64,000 bases of DNA from the NCBI GenBank assembly GCA_048128005.1, contig JBEUKZ010000077.1, forward strand, positions 62,001-126,000. The letters are read 5' to 3'. The position numbers were made by a program, and so were the translations under genes. The DNA comes from Veleropilina oligotropha. Its lineage: Eukaryota. This document shows, piece by piece, positions 47,694 through 60,674 of the stretch. The number at the start of each line of letters is the position of its first letter. The stretch's first letter is position 1. The notes under the pieces were generated by a model. It had not been told where the DNA came from and made no database searches. It worked only from the letters and a program-made list of their open reading frames with translations.

Positions 47694-50600
47694 TAGTAGA
47701 GCAGCAGAGGGGCCAAAAAAATGTTGGACCTAAACCGGCGGTACAACATTTGTCCACGTGGATAAATTTGATCTCTAGTATGTCTGGATACACAATCTGC
47801 GTGATGACATTGCCGGAAACCGGGGCGGGCTGAGAATTTCGCGGTTTTGTGGGGTCACCCTAAGTCGGACGCGGCGAAGTTGACAAAAGTACCAAAATGC
47901 TCATAAAATGACTAATAATGCAGCTAGAACCATAATAATGGTATCACAATATAGGTATAGCAGGCCCCATCATCTAATAACAACGTCTGGATATATTTCA
48001 GATGCTTTTGATTTTTTTTTTTTTAAACGATAAAAATATGCATAAAAAAACACTTTGCTTTCGCCGTCGACATTATACAGAAATCGCAATAACTTCACCA
48101 ATATCCAACATATCGGTCAGTTTAATGCACCAAAATCATCCCCCATTATTCCCTTAATTAATAAAAATAAACAGTGGTATGCATATGAAACAACTATTTA
48201 TTAATACTTACATACATAACCCACACCCCTTGTGAAAGCAAACATACGGCACTTTCAGACATTTCAGAAAATATAGTATTATTACGTCAATATTACTATT
48301 GGACAACTATAAAATGAACAATGAGTCAGACAACTCAATCAAGGTCAGTTCAAGGTGAGTTTGTTATCAGTGAACACTAATACATGCATATGAAATATGA
48401 GAAGGGGTAATATATTCAGTCAGTCAGTCACTATGTATACAGCATACTATACATGTATGTATACAATGTATAGCGTATTCATAGTTGACATCGTCTGCCA
48501 TATCCAAAATGCGTCTATTGCGTCTATTGGTCACTGTCATCTTCTTCAACATCGTCATGATCATAGTCATCGTCGTATGCCATGTTGGTCAGGACGTTCC
48601 GACAGAAGGCATCCGAATCGTCAAGAATGGCCTCGCACGAACAAGCTGTAGTGCACGGTTGATTGTGATTATTGCAGGAACAGTTGGTTAGACATGTGTT
48701 TCCTGCACAGTCACACACAATGTCGTTCAACAGTTCTGGTGCTGCAGCTTCCTGTGACATCATTTTGGGTCTCATTTGGGCACCATCGTCTATCTCATAG
48801 CCATAGTCTGTCGGCGGCGGCAGGTGTACATCTCCTACATGTGCATGCTGCCAGATGTAAACCTGGTATGCGCATCGTAGCAAGTGGAGTTTGAAGCTGT
48901 CCTCTGTTGGTGGGAGCTTTTTGGCAGAAATTCCCTTGCCAGCCCTTTGGCATCTCAGGTCATTGAGATTTTCGCACTTCGTATTTCCATACAAAGAGCA
49001 CAGAAAGCGTGTTGCTGCTGTCTGCTCATCTCGGCTGACTGGCAATGTTACCCCAATAGTTGACATGTGACTGAATGCCTCTCCACTTTTTGTCATCAGC
49101 TTGAAGGCTGTTTTCTTGCCGTGTCCAAAGAAGGCGCTCACCGTGTCACATCCTGTCACAGCATACACTGGTAACATCAGACCGATCTGGCTTGTGCTGA
49201 GTCTGTCGAAGATAGTGTGGATGGGAATGAACCTTGTTAGCTTTGTATATTTCCCCTGACGCCCAGTCATGAAGTACACCTCTGATGCCTTGATGAACGG
49301 CCGGTGGTGTAACAGCAACACCAGAACGTCAGTATCTGGGCTACAAACTACAATCACTTGTGCTCCAGCATCGGCTGCTATCACTGCATGCAATATGATT
49401 CTAGTATCCGCTTCCTCTTGCTCGGATTTCAGTGCAGGGCAGTCAAGGACTGATGTGGTTGAGATCACTATTCCTTTTCTTTCTTTCCACCGCTGAGGAA
49501 GAGTTGTTGATCCCTCAAAGCGTCTCCACCATGTTCCATGAGGAAGTCTGTGTAGTATTCGGCGAGGTTAGATTTGTTTTCTGCTAAACTCAAAAACTGC
49601 TTCCAGTCTGGTGGTACCTTTGCCTCTCCTCTTACTTTGTATGTTCGACTTGACTTTCCACCACTGCGAGCTGCTCTGGTCTGTGATTTAACGCTGCCTT
49701 CTAGATATCGGTCAAATGCAATATGTACCTGAGAAACTACAGATGTGCTTACATTCTTAGACGCACCTATTATATAAGACATAAATCCCTTGGCAACATC
49801 GCTGAAAGTGGTATGTAGTGGTGTACTTGGAGGTGGTAGAGCTTGGATAACAGCATGGCCATCAAATATGATGGCGTCCACGTTGACTTCCAGCTGACTC
49901 ATTATTTCTTTTGTGACAGTTTCCTCGAGCTTGTGCATGAAGTCTGACTTGGTACAAACTGTCATCATGCCATCTTCACTGAATAAGCTCAGTGGCACTG
50001 GGGCATTTTCAAATGCAAAGACACGCTTGAGTGGCACTCGTTTTATGGAATTGACTGCAAGTAGCCGGAGAAACATTATTTCTCCTGTCATGGAGACATC
50101 CTTGGCCTTGATCTTCACTTTCTTGTGCATCTCTTTCATTGTTTTGATATTTGATCGGGATATTGGGTCAAATAGGCTCTTTGGGGTTTCAGATGCTAGG
50201 CGTTGTGTGACAAACGTATCGGCCATACTCTCTCCCTTTTCTAGTGCACTGCACAGACTTTCTCTGACAGCGTCTGGAGCGATGGCACCCGTGGCAATGT
50301 TCACCGGGTTTGGTGTGGCTACCTGAAGATTGAAGGGATCGATGAATCTGTCCTGCGAACATATCCTGCATCTTCTTCGCATCAACATTCCATCTCGTAT
50401 GTGCAGCTTTTGGCATTGACGACACAGAATGTCCCCTGACTGTGTGTTGCTCTCGAAGGCGACAGTATATGCTGCCGTCACTGGCCGGGCCATGAACCAT
50501 CGGACAAGTGCAGGGCCCCTCATGGTTAGGCCGATGATGCCACCAGCTCCTTTGAGATCTTTGTTTTCCGTAGTTTCCAATGTATAATCGAGCCACACGC

Positions 50601-52276
50601 CCTTGAAATCACCTGGTGAAAGTTTGATCGCGAATCGGCGCTTCACAAACTGATCTTCCACTTCTTGAGGCAAACGGCGCATTGCGAGGAGTTGGACAGA
50701 CATGTACCTGGCATAATTTGTCCTGTTGGAGGCGAAGAGCAGTGGAAATAACTCACACTTGGCTGATTGCTGGACATACCACAAGCCATCTCTCGTGCCA
50801 CTGATAAAGGACTTGACGGGTCGAAGGATCTTGAAGAGGATATCATCCCAGAGCTTGAATGTTGGTGATTTTTGACGTCCTTCATTACGGAAAACCTCCA
50901 AATGTGGCAGCAGATCGGTCGTCATGATACCACAGAGTTGCTCGACAACATCGCTGGAATTGGAGTTGTTCTTGAAAGAGGTTTCTAGTTTCGTAAGCAG
51001 GCGACTGATTGAAGGACTCAGGAGTTGACCCCCATCTTCACACCACTTCATGAACTGCTGCAGAAGTTGGCAACATAGCACTTCCTCGGCCAACTTCAGA
51101 CCATAGAGTGCTCGGTCAAAATCTTTGCCAGCTAGCATATGATCTACTGTCCGCGCTGCAAACACCCCAGATTTATGTAACAGGTTGCTGAGTCCTGCGT
51201 CGCCATACAGATGCCCAATTCCAGCTATCACTGACATCAAGAAGTGCATCCCGCCTTCCATCAAAATAACGTCTTCAAACTCAGAAGGCGTCTGCCACAC
51301 GCATTTTACCGGAAGTACTACATAAGACTTACTCGCTAGGGGAAAACCAGTGCATTAAGGGGACATAACATAAATTATTCGATATAATAAATTTTATTAA
51401 AAAAAACGGGATAAAAACGGACTGTTCACAAACAGATTCAGCATAAATGTGCATGATGTGGACATGTTTGTCCATATATGCGCTCATGTATGGACATTTC
51501 CAGGATATTCATCCCGACTATAAGCCCAAGTTAAAGAACTCGACTGAACAACTGACAAAGTGCTGCAACCACATAATTGCATTATATTCAAGTATTAAAT
51601 GAAACAGTTGTTAGTTATTACATAGATAAATTAATTTCATCAAGTTTCATTATTTAATTTGTACCGCGGGACAAATTCGGGTGTTTTCATCTCAAGTCTG
51701 CGGTCGACGTAAATTAGATCTCACTAGGGGGGTGGTTTATGTATGTAGTTATTAATATATATTATGTTACCATGCTTACCACTGTTTATTTTTTATTAAT
51801 TACGGGAATAATGGGGGATGATTTTGGTGCAATAAACTGACCGATATGTTGGATATTGGTGAAGTTATTGCGATTTCTGTATAATGTCGACGGCGAAAGC
51901 AGTGTTTTTTTATGCATATTTTTATCGTTTAAAAAAAAAAAAATCAAAAGCATCTGAAATATATCCAGAAGTTAATTGTTATTAGATGATGGGGCCTTAC
52001 TATACCTATATTGTGATACCATTATTATGGTTCTAGCTGCATTATTAGTCATTTTATGAGCATTTTGGTACTTTTGTCAACTTCGCGGCGTCCGACTTAG
52101 GGTGACCCCACAAAACCGTGAAATTCTCAGCCCGCCCCGGTTTCCGGCAATGTCATCACGCAGATTGTGTATCCAGACATACTACAGATCAAATTTATCC
52201 ATGTGGACAAATGTTGTACCGCCGGTTTAGGTAAGTCGAGAAATAGGGCCCTTTCTGTAGCTCTGCTGCTCTACTA
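47694..52276 (-). mobile_element. AcademX-type DNA transposon (internally deleted) inserted in the CR1
   Basis: ~490-bp imperfect TIRs (47694-48184; 51772-52276) beginning TAGTAGAGCAGCAGAG, 3-bp TSD AGA; removal restores NRKQRGVIN of the LINE. Confidence 0.88.
48524..51300 (-). pseudogene. Academ transposase C-terminal part + XPG/FEN1-like nuclease + Cys-rich tail, 5'-truncated and frameshifted
   Basis: GGMHFLM, NYARY, GGIIG; IFDGHA, AFDRY, EEADTRIILHA, SPDTDV, TGCDTVSAF.G.GKK, LPPT, CxC-rich end; frame breaks near 50350-50430 and 49468. Confidence 0.85.
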
Positions 52277-53263
52277 AGAGGGGTGTAATAAATGAGAGAT
52301 AAAGTCAAAGTGGGAACCGGTACTGGAGTCACACAAGGTTCTGTTTTGGGACCATTGTTGTTTCTCATATATTTAAATGATATTGATGACGTCATTACAT
52401 CTCTAGTAAAAAAGTTTGCAGATGATACCAAACTACAGAATTATCGAAACTGAAGATGCAAAGTGACTTAAATAATGTGGTAAAATGGTCTGAGGATTGG
52501 CAAATGCTTTTCAACACCAGTAAATGTAAAGCAATACATGTGGCTTATAACAATAATACCTATAATTATGAAATGGGTTCAGAAATTTTACAAGAAGTGA
52601 CCCAAGAAAAAGATTTGGGTGTATGGGTAGACAAGACATTCAAACCATCAAATCAATGTGCAGAGTCAGCCAAAAGGGAAATCAAATATTGGGAATGATA
52701 AAGAGAAACTTTAAATCTAAAGCCATCATAACTCGCCTATACAAGCAAATGGTTAGACCGCATTTAGAATATGCAGTGCAAGCATGGTGTCCATATCTTG
52801 CAAAGGATATCAATATTCTAGAACAAGTTCAAAGAAGAGCCGCAAAATTGATAGGAGAATTAACGGAATTGCCATATGAGGACAGACTAAGAGCACTGGA
52901 CCTCACAACATTATCTTTGAGAAGGATAAGATGTGATATGATTCAGGTGTTTAAAATGTTTACAGGAAAATACAACGTTGACAATAGTTTATGTTTTAAG
53001 ATGAACCAAAGACATACCAGGGGGCATCAATACAAGATTTACAAAAAGCGATTCCGACTTGACGTTAGAAAACACTCAAATCTGGTTGTCGATGAATGGA
53101 ATGCTCTTCCTAATAATGTAGTGGAATTGACATCTGTAAACCAATTTAAAAATCGCCTAGATGAGCATTTTAAGAAGCAGGGCAGGTTATAGAGGACAAC
53201 TTCAATGGGTTTTTATATGAGTTACAGTAATGTGCTTTCTAAACCCAAACAAATTATATTTAA

Positions 53264-56200
53264 TCTTGATGAGGGTCACATACTCTGGCTCTTTAAGAGG
53301 ATCGCATATACTCTGGCGCTTGATGAGGACCACATATACTCTGGCGCTTGATGAGGACCACATATACTCTGGCTCTTTATGAGGACCACATATAGTCTGG
53401 CTCTTGATGAGGACCACATACTCTGGCTCTTGATGAGGATTACATATACTCTGGCTCTTGATGAGGACCGCATATACTCTGGTTCTTGATGAGGACCACG
53501 TATACTCTGGCTATTGATGAGGACCACATATACTCTGGCTCTTAATGAGGGTCACATATACTGTGGTTTTTGATGAGGACCACGTATACTCTGGCCCTTG
53601 ATGAGGACCACATATACTGTGGCTCTTGATGAGGACCACATATACTATGGCTCTTGATGAGGACCACATATCCTCTGGCTCTTGATGAGGATCACATATA
53701 CTCTGGCTCTTGATGAGGACCACATATACTCTTGCTCTTGATGAGGACCACATATACTCTTGCTCTTGATGAGGACCACGTATACTCTGGCTCTTGATGA
53801 GGACCACATATACTGTGGCTATTGATGAGGACCACATATACTCTGGCTCTTGATGAGGACCACATATACTCTGGCTCTTGATGAGGACCACATATACTAT
53901 GGCTCTTGATGAGGACCACATATCCTCTGGCTCTTGATGAGGATCACATATACTCTGGCTCTTGATGAGGACCACATATACTCTTGCTCTTGATGAGGAC
54001 CACATATACTCTTGCTATTGATGAGGACCACGTATACTCTAGCTCTTGATGAGGACCACATATACTCTTGCTCTTGATGAGGACCACGTATACTCTGGCT
54101 CGTGATGAGGATCACATATACTCTGGCTCTTGGTGAGGACCACATATACTCTGGCTCTTGATGAGGACCACATATACTCTTGCTCTTGATGAGGACCACG
54201 TATACTCTGGCTCTTGATGAGGATCACATATACTCTGGCTCTTGGTGAGGGTCACATATACTGTGGTTCTTGATGAGGACCACGTATACTCTGGCTCTTG
54301 ATGAGGACCACATATACTCTGGCTCATGATGAGGATCACATATACTCTGGCTCTTGATGAGGATCACATATACTCTGGCTCTTGGTGAGGGTCACATATA
54401 CTGTGGTTCTTGATGAGGACCACGTATACTCTGGCTCTTGATGAGGACCACATATACTCTGGCTCATGATGAGGACCACATATACTCTGGCACTTGATGA
54501 GGACCATATATACTGTAGCTCTTGATGAGGGTCACATATACTCTGGCTCTTGATGAGGACCACATATACTCTGGCTCTTGATGAGGACCACATATGCTAT
54601 GGCTCTTGATGAGGCTCACATATACTCTGGCTCTTGATGAGGGTCACATATAGTCTGGCTCTTGATGAGGACCACATATACTCTGGCTCTTGATGAGGAC
54701 CACATATACTCTGTCTCTTGATGAGGGTCACATATACTCTGTCTCTTGATGAGGACCACATATACTCTGGCTCTTGATGAGGACCACATATACTCTGGCT
54801 CTTGATGAGGACCACATATACTCTGTCTCTTGATGAGGATCACATATACTCTGGCTCTTGATGAGGATTACATATACTCTGGCTCTTGATGAGGACCACA
54901 TATACTCTGTCTCTTGATGAGGACCACATATACTCTTGCTCTTGATGAGGACCACGTATACTCTGGCTCTTGATGAGGACCGCATATCCTCTGGCTCTTG
55001 ATGAGGACCACGTATACTCTGGCTCTTGATGAGGATTACATATACTCTTGCTCTTGATGAGGATTACATATACTCTGTCTCTTGATGAGGACCACATATA
55101 CTCTGGCTCTTGATGAGGACCACATATACTCTGGCTCTTGATGAGGATTACATATACTCTGTCTCTTGATGAGGACCACATATACTCTGGCTCTTGATGA
55201 GGACCACATATACTCTGGCTCTTGATGAGGACCACATATACTCTGTCTCTTGATGAGGACCACATATACTCTGTCTCTTGATGAGGACCACATATATTCT
55301 GGCTCTTGATGAGGACCACATATACTCTGGCTCTTGATGAGGACCACATATACTCTGGCTCTTGATGAGGGTCACATATACTCTGTCTCTTGATGAGGAC
55401 CACATATACTCTGGCTCTTGATGAGGACCACATATACTCTGGCTCTTGATGAGGATTACATATACTCTGTCTCTTGATGAGGACCACATATACTCTGGCT
55501 CTTGATGAGGACCACATATACTCTGGCTCTTGATGAGGACCACATATAGTCTGGCTCTTGATGAGGACCACATATACTCTGGCTCTTGATGAGGATTACA
55601 TATACTCTGGCTCTTGATGAGGACCACATATACTCTAGCACTTGATGAGGACCACATATACTCTGGCTCTTGATGAGGACCACATATACTCTGGCTATTG
55701 ATGAGGACCACATATACTCTGGCTCTTGATGAGGATTACATATACTCTGGTTCTTGATGAGGACCACATATACTCTGTCTCTTGATGAGGACCACATATA
55801 TTCTGGCTCTTGATCAGGATCACATATACTCTGGCTCTTGATGAGGACCACATATATTCTGGCTCTTGATGAGGACCACATATACTCTGGCTCTTGATGA
55901 GGACCACATATACTCTGTCTCTTGATGAGGGTTACATATACTCTGGCTCTTGATGAGGATTACATATACTCTGGCTCTTGATGAGGACCACATATACTCT
56001 GGCTATTGATGAAGACCACATATACTCTGGCTCTTGATGAGGAACACATATACTCTGGCTCTTGATCAGGATCACATATACTCTGGCTCTTGATGAGGAC
56101 CACATATACTCTGTCTCTTGATGAGGACCACATATACTCTGGCTCTTGATGAGGACCACATATACTCTGGCTCTTGATGAGGACCACATATACTCTAGCA

Positions 56201-58052
56201 CTTGATGAGGACCACATATACTCTGGCTCTTGATGAGGACCACATATACTCTGGCTATTGATGAGGACCACATATACTCTGGCTCTTGATGAGGATTACA
56301 TATACTCTGGTTCTTGATGAGGACCACATATACTCTGTCTCTTGATGAGGACCACATATATTCTGGCTCTTGATCAGGATCACATATACTCTGTCTCTTG
56401 ATGAGGACCACATATACTCTGTCTCTTGATCAGGATCACATATACTCTGGCTCTTGATGAGGATTACATATACTCTGTCTCTTGATGAGGACCACATATA
56501 CTCTGGCTCTTGATGAGGACCACATATACTCTGGCTCTTGATGAGGACCACATATACTCTGTCTCTTGATGAGGACCACATATACTCTGGCTCTTGATGA
56601 GGACCACATATACTCTGGCTCTTGATGAGGACCACATATACTCTGGCTCTTGATGAGGATTACATATACTCTGTCTCTTGATGAGGACCACATATACTCT
56701 GGCTCTTGATGAGGACCACATATACTCTGTCTCTTGATGAGGACCACATATACTCTGGCTCTTGATGAGGGTTACATATACTCTGGCTCTTGATGAGGAT
56801 TACATATACTCTGGCTCTTGATGAGGACCACATATACTCTGGCTATTGATGAAGACCACATATACTCTGGCTCTTGATGAGGAACACATATACTCTGGCT
56901 CTTGATCAGGATCACATATACTCTGGCTCTTGATGAGGACCACATATACTCTGTCTCTTCATGAGGACCACATATACTCTGGCTCTTGATGAGGACCACA
57001 TATACTCTGGCTCTTGATGAGGATTACATATACTCTGTCTCTTGATGAGGACCACATATACTCTGGCTCTTGATGAGGACCACATATACTCTGGCTCTTG
57101 ATGAGGACCACATATACTCTGTCTCTTGATGAGGACCACATATACTCTGTCTCTTGATGAGGACCACATATATTCTGGCTCTTGATGAGGACCACATATA
57201 CTCTGGCTCTTGATGAGGACCACATATACTCTGGCTCTTGATGAGGGTCACATATACTCTGTCTCTTGATGAGGACCACATATACTCTGGCCCTTGATGA
57301 GGACCACATATACTCTGGCTCTTGATGAGGATTACATATACTCTGTCTCTTGATGAGGACCACATATACTCTGGCTCTTGATGAGGACCACATATACTCT
57401 GGCTCTTGATGAGGACCACATATAGTCTGGCTCTTGATGAGGACCACATATACTCTGGCTCTTGATGAGGATTACATATACTCTGGCTCTTGATGAGGAC
57501 CACATATACTCTGGCACTTGATGAGGACCACATATACTCTGGCTCTTGATGAGGACCACATATACTCTGGCTATTGATGAGGACCACATATACTCTGGCT
57601 CTTGATGAGGATTACATATACTCTGGCTCTTGATGAGGACCACATATACTCTGTCTCTTGATGAGGACCACATATATTCTGGCTCTTGATCAGGATCACA
57701 TATACTCTGGCTCTTGATGAGGACCACATATATTCTGGCTCTTGATGAGGACCACATATACTCTGGCTCTTGATGAGGACCACATATACTCTGTCTCTTG
57801 ATGAGGGTTACATATACTATGTCTCTTGATGAGGATTACATATACTCTGGCTCTTGATGAGGACCACATATACTCTGGCTATTGATGAAGACCACATATA
57901 CTCTGGCTCTTGATGAGGAACACATATACTCTGGCTCTTGATCAGGATCACATATACTCTGGCTCTTGATGAGGACCACATATACTCTGGCTCTTGATGA
58001 GGACCACATATACTCTGGCTCTTGATGAGGACCACATATACTCTGGCTCTTG
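53264..58052. repeat. 28-bp satellite (CTTGATGAGGACCACATATACTCTGGCT), about 170 copies
   Basis: Tandem periodicity of 28 nt over 4.8 kb with variant units. Confidence 0.98.
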
Positions 58053-58427
58053 GTGTTTATCGTTCGGCTGTTTCCGTTTGACAATTAGCGCAGTTCATTG
58101 TTACTATATAATATAGACAAGGGAGGTCACTAAGGTCGGGACACATACGTAATTATTTCATTTGTCACAAGATGTTGGTTCGAATATGTCAAATTCGTGA
58201 AGAAGCATATGCGTCCCGTTTATTTAGTTGTTGTTTACAAGAGAGACTTGGTAGTTGTTTGCAAGAGGTGTGTAAGTTAATTTTTAAATATATTGTTTGT
58301 TGAACAATTAACCTAGTTCTCGACAGTGTACGTTAACGCCGAGTGTTAAATACGCGTAATTTGTCATTTATTCGTCATGTTATCGAATATAGGTCGACTG
58401 ATGTCCTGATTCATGAGTGAATCTGTC

Positions 58428-58575
58428 CACAGTCCCCGGACGCTAGGCCCAAAATTACCCGTTCTACACAATGCCCCATATACTGATGTATATAATATAT
58501 AGATATATTATATACATCAGTATATGGGGCATTGTGTAGAACGGGTAATTTTGGGCCTAGCGTCCGGGGACTGTG
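58428..58575. mobile_element. 148-bp perfect-palindrome MITE, CACAGTCCC termini, 7-bp TSD ATCTGTC
   Basis: 73-bp arms around a 2-nt centre; ATCTGTC at 58421-58427 and 58576-58582. Confidence 0.92.
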
Positions 58576-58734
58576 ATCTGTCGTTCACGTACCCTATTAC
58601 TTATAGCATCAATGTCGCTCGCATATATATAAATATGTATGCACATAATATAACAAACGTGTCGTAATATATAATTTAAATTATAGGCCTATATGCTATT
58701 CATCAACCCTTCAAATGTTCGTTTCGTTTCGTTC

Positions 58735-58843
58735 GCCGTTTCGTAGTCTGATTAAAAGTTCGCATGGAAGTTTGCTTCGCCGATTACACTAAGCCGTTTC
58801 GTAGTCTGATTAAAAGTTCGCATGGAAGTTTGCTTCGCCGATT
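58735..58843. repeat. Direct duplication of ~51 bp (period 58)
   Basis: GCCGTTTCGTAGTCTGATTAAAAGTTCGCATGGAAGTTTGCTTCGCCGATT twice. Confidence 0.9.
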
Positions 58844-59935
58844 CAGTGTAGCCGGTGGAATCTCACCATTGCTTTGACCTTTGTAGACCTTTTTTATTCT
58901 TTGCTAATATAAATATGTGCCCACTTCTCCTCTGGCGGACAAACAAAATGAAAGTTTGAAGGCGATTGCTTAAGTGGTTTGGCCGCAATCGTGCGAACAA
59001 ACATACAAACAAAGTCGCGACTAAAAATCAACAGAACGACCGACCAATATAAATGGCAAAATCGAACATTTCGCCAATTAATAATGTCACTTATTCCGGA
59101 AATTATCGATAATGTGCGAGCGTATTGTCACGTGGTACCTAATTTTGAAGGGTGCCCGCTCATTGGTGAACTAGGTTTAAAAAGATCTGCAGTTGGCCCC
59201 ATATTTGTGCTCAAGCCATGTATAAATTCAATCAGAAACGAGGCCATTGGTGATTAGAGAGCTGCAACTAGGTTTTCTATGTGCCCACAGCACGTTTGCA
59301 AAACGTCCTCGCTCGGCACACGGCCGTCGAAATGGCTGAATATTTAGCGTCGATTTTTGGAACAGAAAAAGACAAGTAAGAAGGGAACAGGAACATATAT
59401 TATTACTTCTAGTAGCGTTCATGTATGGTGGTATTCGTGTGTAACATATTTCCTTTGTTTTAGTTGTACTGTGAATTGTTCTATCTTGGTGATCTTTATG
59501 ATAATACCGTGACCAATTTGGTAGACCCCTTTGTCACCAAAGTTTTCAAAATTTCCCAATGTTAAAGTAAAACCATACATTATTGATATTCAGTCATTAT
59601 AGAAATGATGTATGTAAAATTAATTATGTATATACTCTCGCACCATTACATGCTAATAAACATATGAACGATGCATCAGTGTATGTGAAGGAAGTGGCTA
59701 TCGGCACGACGGTCGTGCGAATAAGGTTGCTTATCGGCACGACGGACCATTCCTCTAGCCACTACAATTGGGGGTTAGGCATACGCTATTTGCAAAACAT
59801 TGATTTAATCCGATTACTTATTGGGGTAATTAACGTAACACATACTTAATGAACACTAAGCCTATATGAATTAAAAATGAAGCCATATGAGTGTCAGGTT
59901 TTAATGATAACTGTTCACTCTAGTACCGGTAGCCT

Positions 59936-60563
59936 TAGCCCGATAAATCTGCCCCTAATTACAAGCTCGAAATCCTGACGGTCGCGTGTATAAGGTCAGA
60001 TGTCGCCGCTATTAAAAAAGCGTGGGTCTGTAACCCAAATCTAGCGACAGCGATATCGACACCTTTACGTGCCATACGGCGAATCTTTCGATACCCACAT
60101 ATCAATAAACCATTTCACACTCACCTGACTTTATTGTTGAACAATCCTAGTGATGTAAGTCACATTATAAGGTTATATTGTTATTCGAAGCCATTAACAA
60201 AGTGAAAACATTCGTATCAACCAATCAAAGCGGGTTTCCGGTTGGTTAACCCGCTTTGACTGGTTGATGCGAATGTGTTAGTTTTGTTAATGGCTTCGAA
60301 TTAACATGCTTCGAGTAACAATATAAGCTTATAATGTGACTTATATCACTAGGATTGTTCAACAATAAAGTCAGGTGAGTGTGAAATAGTTTATTGATAT
60401 GTGGGTATCGAAAGATTCGTCGTATGGCACGTAAAGGTGTCGATATCGCTGTCGCTAGATTTGGGTTACAGACCCACGCTATTTTAATAGCGGCGACATC
60501 TGACCCTATACACGCGACCGTCAGGATTTCGAGCTTGTAATTAGGGGCAGATTTATCGGGCTA
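59936..60563. mobile_element. 628-bp foldback non-autonomous DNA element, TAG...CTA termini, 9-bp TSD CGGTAGCCT (AcademH-like; Mutator possible)
   Basis: ~300-bp near-perfect arms centred at ~60243; TSD at 59927-59935 and 60564-60572. Confidence 0.88.
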
Positions 60564-60674
60564 CGGTAGCCTATATAAATAAAGTGGAAAAAATTTCAAC
60601 AGTATCACATTTATATTATTATAAAGCAATAAACAGTGGCGGATCAAAGATTTCTGAAATGGGTGGGGGGGGGG

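Larger units (their letters stand above)
44898..53192 (+). mobile_element. Degraded CR1-type LINE ORF2 in three pieces (44898-45763, 47456-47693, 52277-53192)
   Basis: PTRGNNVLDLVF, GSSDH, APGPDNI, SQHGF, YLDFQKAFDKV, QGSVLGP, FADDTK, RPHLEYAVQAW motifs, colinear across two insertions. Confidence 0.92.

Noticed and set aside
53202..58084. CRISPR array, repeat protein, or hammerhead/C-D box array suggested by TGATGAG
   Set aside because: Units are contiguous with no unique spacers, no cas genes, eukaryotic context; 28 is not a multiple of 3; no CUGAUGA plus GAAA core or box D pairing.
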